Below, piece after piece: positions 58,331 to 64,000 of a stretch of 64,000 nucleotides of DNA. How positions within the stretch are numbered: position 1 is the first letter of the stretch; the number at the start of each line of letters is the position of its first letter. A model generated the notes under the pieces. That model had not been told where the DNA came from, did not search any database, and saw only the letters and a list, made by a program, of their open reading frames with translations. The position numbers and the translations under genes were made by a program. Origin of the DNA: the human T2T-CHM13v2.0 reference genome, Homo sapiens. The DNA is taken from NCBI RefSeq assembly GCF_009914755.1, contig NC_060939.1. The stretch is one strand, 5' to 3'.

Positions 58331-59943
58331 TGGTGTACTGGGATGAGCCGAGATCTGGGAATTCGGAGGCCTGGGGTCCAGGCCTTTGGCTAGTTTCATC
58401 TTGCCACCCTCGGCTTCCATTTCTCATTCAGCTCGGTAGAGGAGATCACCTTTTAAGGTCCCTCATACGGCCTCTGACTTCCTCACCTCAATTTCATGCA
58501 GATAAAATAATTTAACAAATTCTTAAAAATTATAATGAGACAACCGCCGCCCCCCCAAAAAAAACCCCACAGCCACTCCCCTCTCAATCATTACAATGAT
58601 GTGGGAAACCTGGTGGAGGTAATTTGTTATAATATTCTGGGCATGTCTGTCTATCTTTATCATTCCCATTTATACTTTATAGGGGCCCACGACCTCATTC
58701 GAAAAATATTGTCTTTTAGACATCTAATCCCTATGTATTTTCTGGGAGGAAATCAAAAGGTAACTACTATTGTCATAACTGCGGAGATGGGGAAATAGTA
58801 TTTAAAAGGGAAATGCTGATCCCCCATAACGCTGCCTAGAAGGGCCTAGAAGTCTTCGTTTCCACTTGGTGGGCTATCTTTGTAAAATTTTAGAGACCTG
58901 GTACCCACCAGCCTTTGGTATTTTTCTTGGTCTCTCCTCCCAGTTCTAGCTCGTCATTTCACCAAAGAAGGGTCAAGCCATTGGTGAAGAAAAGTATAAA
59001 TTGTATGTTTTCCATACCACTGCTTATGTTTTATTATACCTTTTGATTTATCTTAAAAAGAGTCTTCGAATTTTGTGCGAACACATCTGGAAAACATTTA
59101 TTGAGCAATCATAATAGCTGTCACTTTTGAGTAATTATAATAGTTATCTTTCTGGCTTGGTGTTCTAAATACTTTCTACTGTATTTAATTCATTTAGTTC
59201 TCATAACAAACCTACGAGGTAAGTACTGTTATCTCCGTTTTACCACTGAGGAAAATAGCAACAGAGAGATATGGCTGGCAGTTTTACATGATTCCAACCA
59301 GATTTCCTTTTGAAAATTTGCCAAATGGTTTTAAAATTCATTTGAAAAAGTAAACCTAGAAATTAAGAAACTTCTTGGAAGAGAAGAATGAGGAAAGGAC
59401 TTGTACTAGAGAATATACAAATAAAGCTATGATAATCAAAATATAAGTAGCAACCCTGGAACACAAGAGTAGTGAAACAGAATAATCTAGAAATATATAA
59501 GGTTAGTGTTATAAAGATGGTATTTTATATGAGTAGGGAAGGTGTTCCAAAATTATATTGGAACAATCAACTGTTTGGAGAAAAAATGGGATTTCTACCT
59601 TAAAATTTAAATAAAATTGCCGGGTGTGGTGGCTCACGCCTGTAATCCCAGCACTTTGGGAGGCGGAGGCGGGTGGATCACCTGAGGTCGGGAGTTCGAG
59701 ACTAGCCTGACCAACATGGAAAAACCCCGTCTCGACTAAAAATACAAAATTAGCCGGGTGTGGCGGTGCATGCCTGTAATCATAGCCACTTGGGATGCTT
59801 GAACCGGGGAGGCGGAGGTTGCGGTGAGTGGAGATCGCGCCATTGCACTCCAGCCTGGGCAACAAGAGCGAAACTCCGTCTCCAAAAAAAAAAAAAGAAT
59901 CTAGGTGAATTATTTATATATATATATATATTTTTTTTTTTGA

Positions 59944-60174
<231 letters not shown>

Positions 60175-60238
60175 TGAAGTGCTAGGATTATAGGCGTGAG
60201 CCACCGAGCCCAGCAAATTAAATTTTTTTTTTTTTTGA

Positions 60239-60566
<328 letters not shown>

Positions 60567-62046
60567 TAGCTAATTTTTGTATTTTTAGTAGAGATAGGGT
60601 CCAGGTAGCTGGGACTACAGGCAGAGTATGCCTGCCACCACACCTAGCTAATTTTTGTATTTTTAGTAGAGACGGGGTTTCACTATATTGGCCAGGCTGG
60701 TCTCGAGCTGCTGACCTCATGATCTGCCCGCCTTGGCCTCCCAAAGTGCTCGGTGGGTGGCGTGAGCCACCGCACCTGGCTGATAATTTTTGTATTTTTA
60801 GTAGAGACGGGGTTTCACCATGTTGGCCAGGCTGGTCTGGAACTCCTCACTTCAGGTTTTCTTCCCATCTCGGCCTCCTAAAGTGCTGGGATTACAGGAG
60901 TGAGCCACTGCTCCTGGCCCAAATTAAATATTAAAATATAAAACGTGAAATCAGAAAATTACTACTTTAAAAAACTGGGAAAACAGTTTTCCAGTCTTGA
61001 AATAGAATGAGGCCAGGCACGTGGCTTATGTCTATAATCCCAGCACTTTGGGAGGCCCAGGTGGGAGGATTGCTCAAACCCAGGAATTCAAGACCAGCCT
61101 GGGTAACAGAGTGAGACCCCATCTGTACAAAAAAATTTCAGAATTAGCTTGGTGTGGTGGCACATCCCTGTTGTCACAGCTACTCAGGAGGCTGAGATGG
61201 GAAGATCACTTGACCTCAGGAGTTCGAGGCTGCAATGAGCTGTGACGTGTCACTGCACTCCAGATTGGCCAACAGAGTGAGACCCAGGCTCAACAAAAGA
61301 GAAAGGAGCTGTTCTACTAAGCATGACTGTCGAGGCAAATCCATAAAGACAAAGATGACAAAGATTGATACAGTTATTACAAAAAACATCTGTCTAGTTG
61401 GCAGAAACATGATAAAGTTAAAAGACAAATTTATTTATTTAGTATTCATTTGTATTTATTGAGTGTTTACTATGTGCCAGCCAATTTTTTTAAGTTTAGG
61501 AGATCCAGTAATCAGCAAAGCCTGGCAAATTGTGAGGAAAAAAAAATTGAACAAGGCTGATACAGGAGGATTCCTTGAGGCCGGGAGTTTTTTTTTTTTT
61601 TGAATCTTTACAAAGTCACTCAGCAGGCACACACTAAACGCTTGCTCCTTGGAGAGTGTTTGAGACCAGCCTGGTCAACACAGCAAAACCTTGTCTCTAC
61701 GAGAAATACAAAAATCAGCTTGGTGTGGTGGCACATGCCTATAGTCCTAGCTACTCAGGAGGCTGAGGCAGGAGAATCACTTGAACCCAGAAGGTCAAGG
61801 CTACAGTGAGCCATGATTGTGCCACTGCACTCCAGCCTGGGCGACAGAGTGTGTGTCCCAAAAAATAAATAAATAAAAATAAAAATAAATAAATACGGTG
61901 CCTTTATAGAGGGGGGTACTTTGTACCTGGTAAACATGATATAGATCTCTATTAATGACTTGGAAAGCATGTGATAAGTGAACAAAGCAGATTACAAAAT
62001 TATGTGATCACATTTTTGTAGAAATATACCTGTATATATCCCTTTA

Positions 62047-62333
62047 TAGTACTTCTCCCTTATCCATGGTTTCAGTTTCAGTTATCTGCTGTCAACTGTG
62101 GTCTGAAAATATTTTGAGAGATCACATTTACATAACTTTTATTATAGTATATTGTAATATTTTATTAGTTTTTAATCTCTCACTGTGCCTAATTTATAAA
62201 TTAAACTTTATTATAGGTAAGTATGTAAGTATAGGAAAAAACACTGTGTATAGGGTTCAATACTTTCCTAGGTTTTAGACATACACTGGGGGATCTTGGA
62301 ATGTATCCTGTGGGGATAAGAGGAGAATTACTG
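62047..62333. mobile_element. MER44-like (Tigger-derived) DNA transposon
   Basis: Terminal inverted repeats tagtac.tcccttatcc / ggataagagga..tactg flanked by TA. Confidence 0.75.
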
Positions 62334-62453
62334 TATATAGAAGTCTAAAAAGATAAATATCAAACGTAAGCTAATGGTGACATTTTTAAGCAGTAGGATT
62401 TTGGATGAATTGGATTAGAAAAAACTATTTTCCTCTTTTTTTTTTTTTTTTGA

Positions 62454-62696
<243 letters not shown>

Positions 62697-62884
62697 TGAG
62701 TAGCTAGGATTACAGGCATGCGCCATCACGCCCGGCTAATTTTTGTATTTTTAGTAGAAACGGACTTTCTCCACATTGGTCAGGCTGGTCTTGAACTCCC
62801 GACCTCAGGAGATCCACCCGCCTTGGCTTCCCAAAGTGCTGGGATTACAGGCGTGAGCCACTGTGCCCGGCCTAAAAAAACTAT

Positions 62885-63690
62885 TTTTTAAAAGTTTTAG
62901 ATTTATAGAAAAATTGCAGACTACAAAGAGAGTTTTCATATACCTAGCTTCCCTTCCAGCTTTTCCCATTATTAAAATCTTATGTTAGTATAGTATATTT
63001 ACTATAATTAAAATAATTTATTTTAGTTTTTGAGATGGAGTCTCTCTCTGTCACCCAGGCTGGAGCGCAAATGGCACTATCTCTGCTTACTGCAGCCTCT
63101 GCCTCCTGGGTTCAAGTGATCCTCCCACTTCAGCCTCCTGAGTAGCTGGAATAACAGGTGATTCTCGTGTCTCAGCCACCCAAGTAGCTGGGATTACAGG
63201 CGTGCACCACCACATCCAGCTAATTTTTTTGTATTTTTGGTAGAGATGGAGTTTCATCATGTTTCCCAGGTTGGTCTCCTGAGCTCAAGTGATCTGCTCT
63301 CCTTGGCCTCCCAAACTGTTGGGATTACAGGTGTGAGCCACCACACCCAGCCTATTATAATTAAGGAACCAATAATGATACATTATTATTAACGAAAGTC
63401 CATAGTTTATTCAGATTTCCTTTTTATCTAATGTCACTTTCTTGTTTCACTATTCCATCCAAGATAACACAGTACTTTTTGTAGTCATGTCTCCTTAGGA
63501 TCCTCTTGGCTATGATAGTTTCTCACACTTTCCTTATTTTTGATGACCTTGACACTTTTGAGGAATACCAGTCAGGTTTTCTGTAGCATGTTACTCAATT
63601 GGGATTTGATGCTTTTTTCATCATTAGACTGGGGTTAGAGTACTTAGTATCAACATGATTGTCACTATTGATGTGACCTTGATCACTTGG
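62885..63690 (-). mobile_element. Old L1M 3' fragment interrupted by an Alu
   Basis: ttttagatttatagaaaaattgca...gaccttgacacttttgagg pattern. Confidence 0.6.
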
Positions 63691-64000
63691 CTGTCAGTTT
63701 TGTTTTTAAATGTTTGCTTTTCTATAGCTAATATTAATAAAATTTGTTACTTGCAATATAAAAGTAAATATCTGTTGATATTCTACACATGTCTACCAGT
63801 AGCATTTATAATAAGTAATACATTGACAAGCCTAATAATACAGAAAAAGGATAGTGGATATTATAATCAAGGAAAAATAATGACGAAGTTGCCTGAAGGG
63901 CTAATTGTAGAAAGGAATTAAAGGCGTTAGTACCATATAGCTTATTTTAACAGTCTTTAAGCTGTTTTAGGACTCTGTTTTAAGAAGAACATTCTGGTAA

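Overview
Primate genomic DNA, almost certainly human chr15q15.1 (locus recalled from the protein, not searched). Bases 346-15.5 kb hold the last 15 exons (5-19) of the TAM-family receptor tyrosine kinase TYRO3 on the + strand. All have GT-AG junctions and join in one continuous frame, followed by the 3' UTR and an AATAAA. The rest is very Alu-rich intergenic DNA. It contains a CpG island at about 21.4-22.1 kb and a nested retroviral stack at 22.8-30.3 kb: MER41A, interrupted by LTR8, interrupted by a 5'-truncated HERV-I/LTR10F pol-env element with an AP-1 tandem repeat, interrupted by an Alu. Further on are a MER41B LTR with one intact GAS site, a 68-nt U3 snoRNA retro-fragment, old L1/MLT/MER44 fragments and a CpG-island promoter at about 57.3-58.3 kb, probably the upstream MGA promoter. 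I found no clearly new biological system. The best leads are: a 55-bp near-exact local copy of promoter-flank DNA inserted with poly(T) into an Alu 4.5 kb away; the non-canonical junctions of the HERV-I insert; a possible intron-8 polyadenylated soluble TYRO3; and exon-like minus-strand segments at 34-41 kb. Repeat subfamily names come from recalled consensus sequences and need RepeatMasker/Dfam confirmation.
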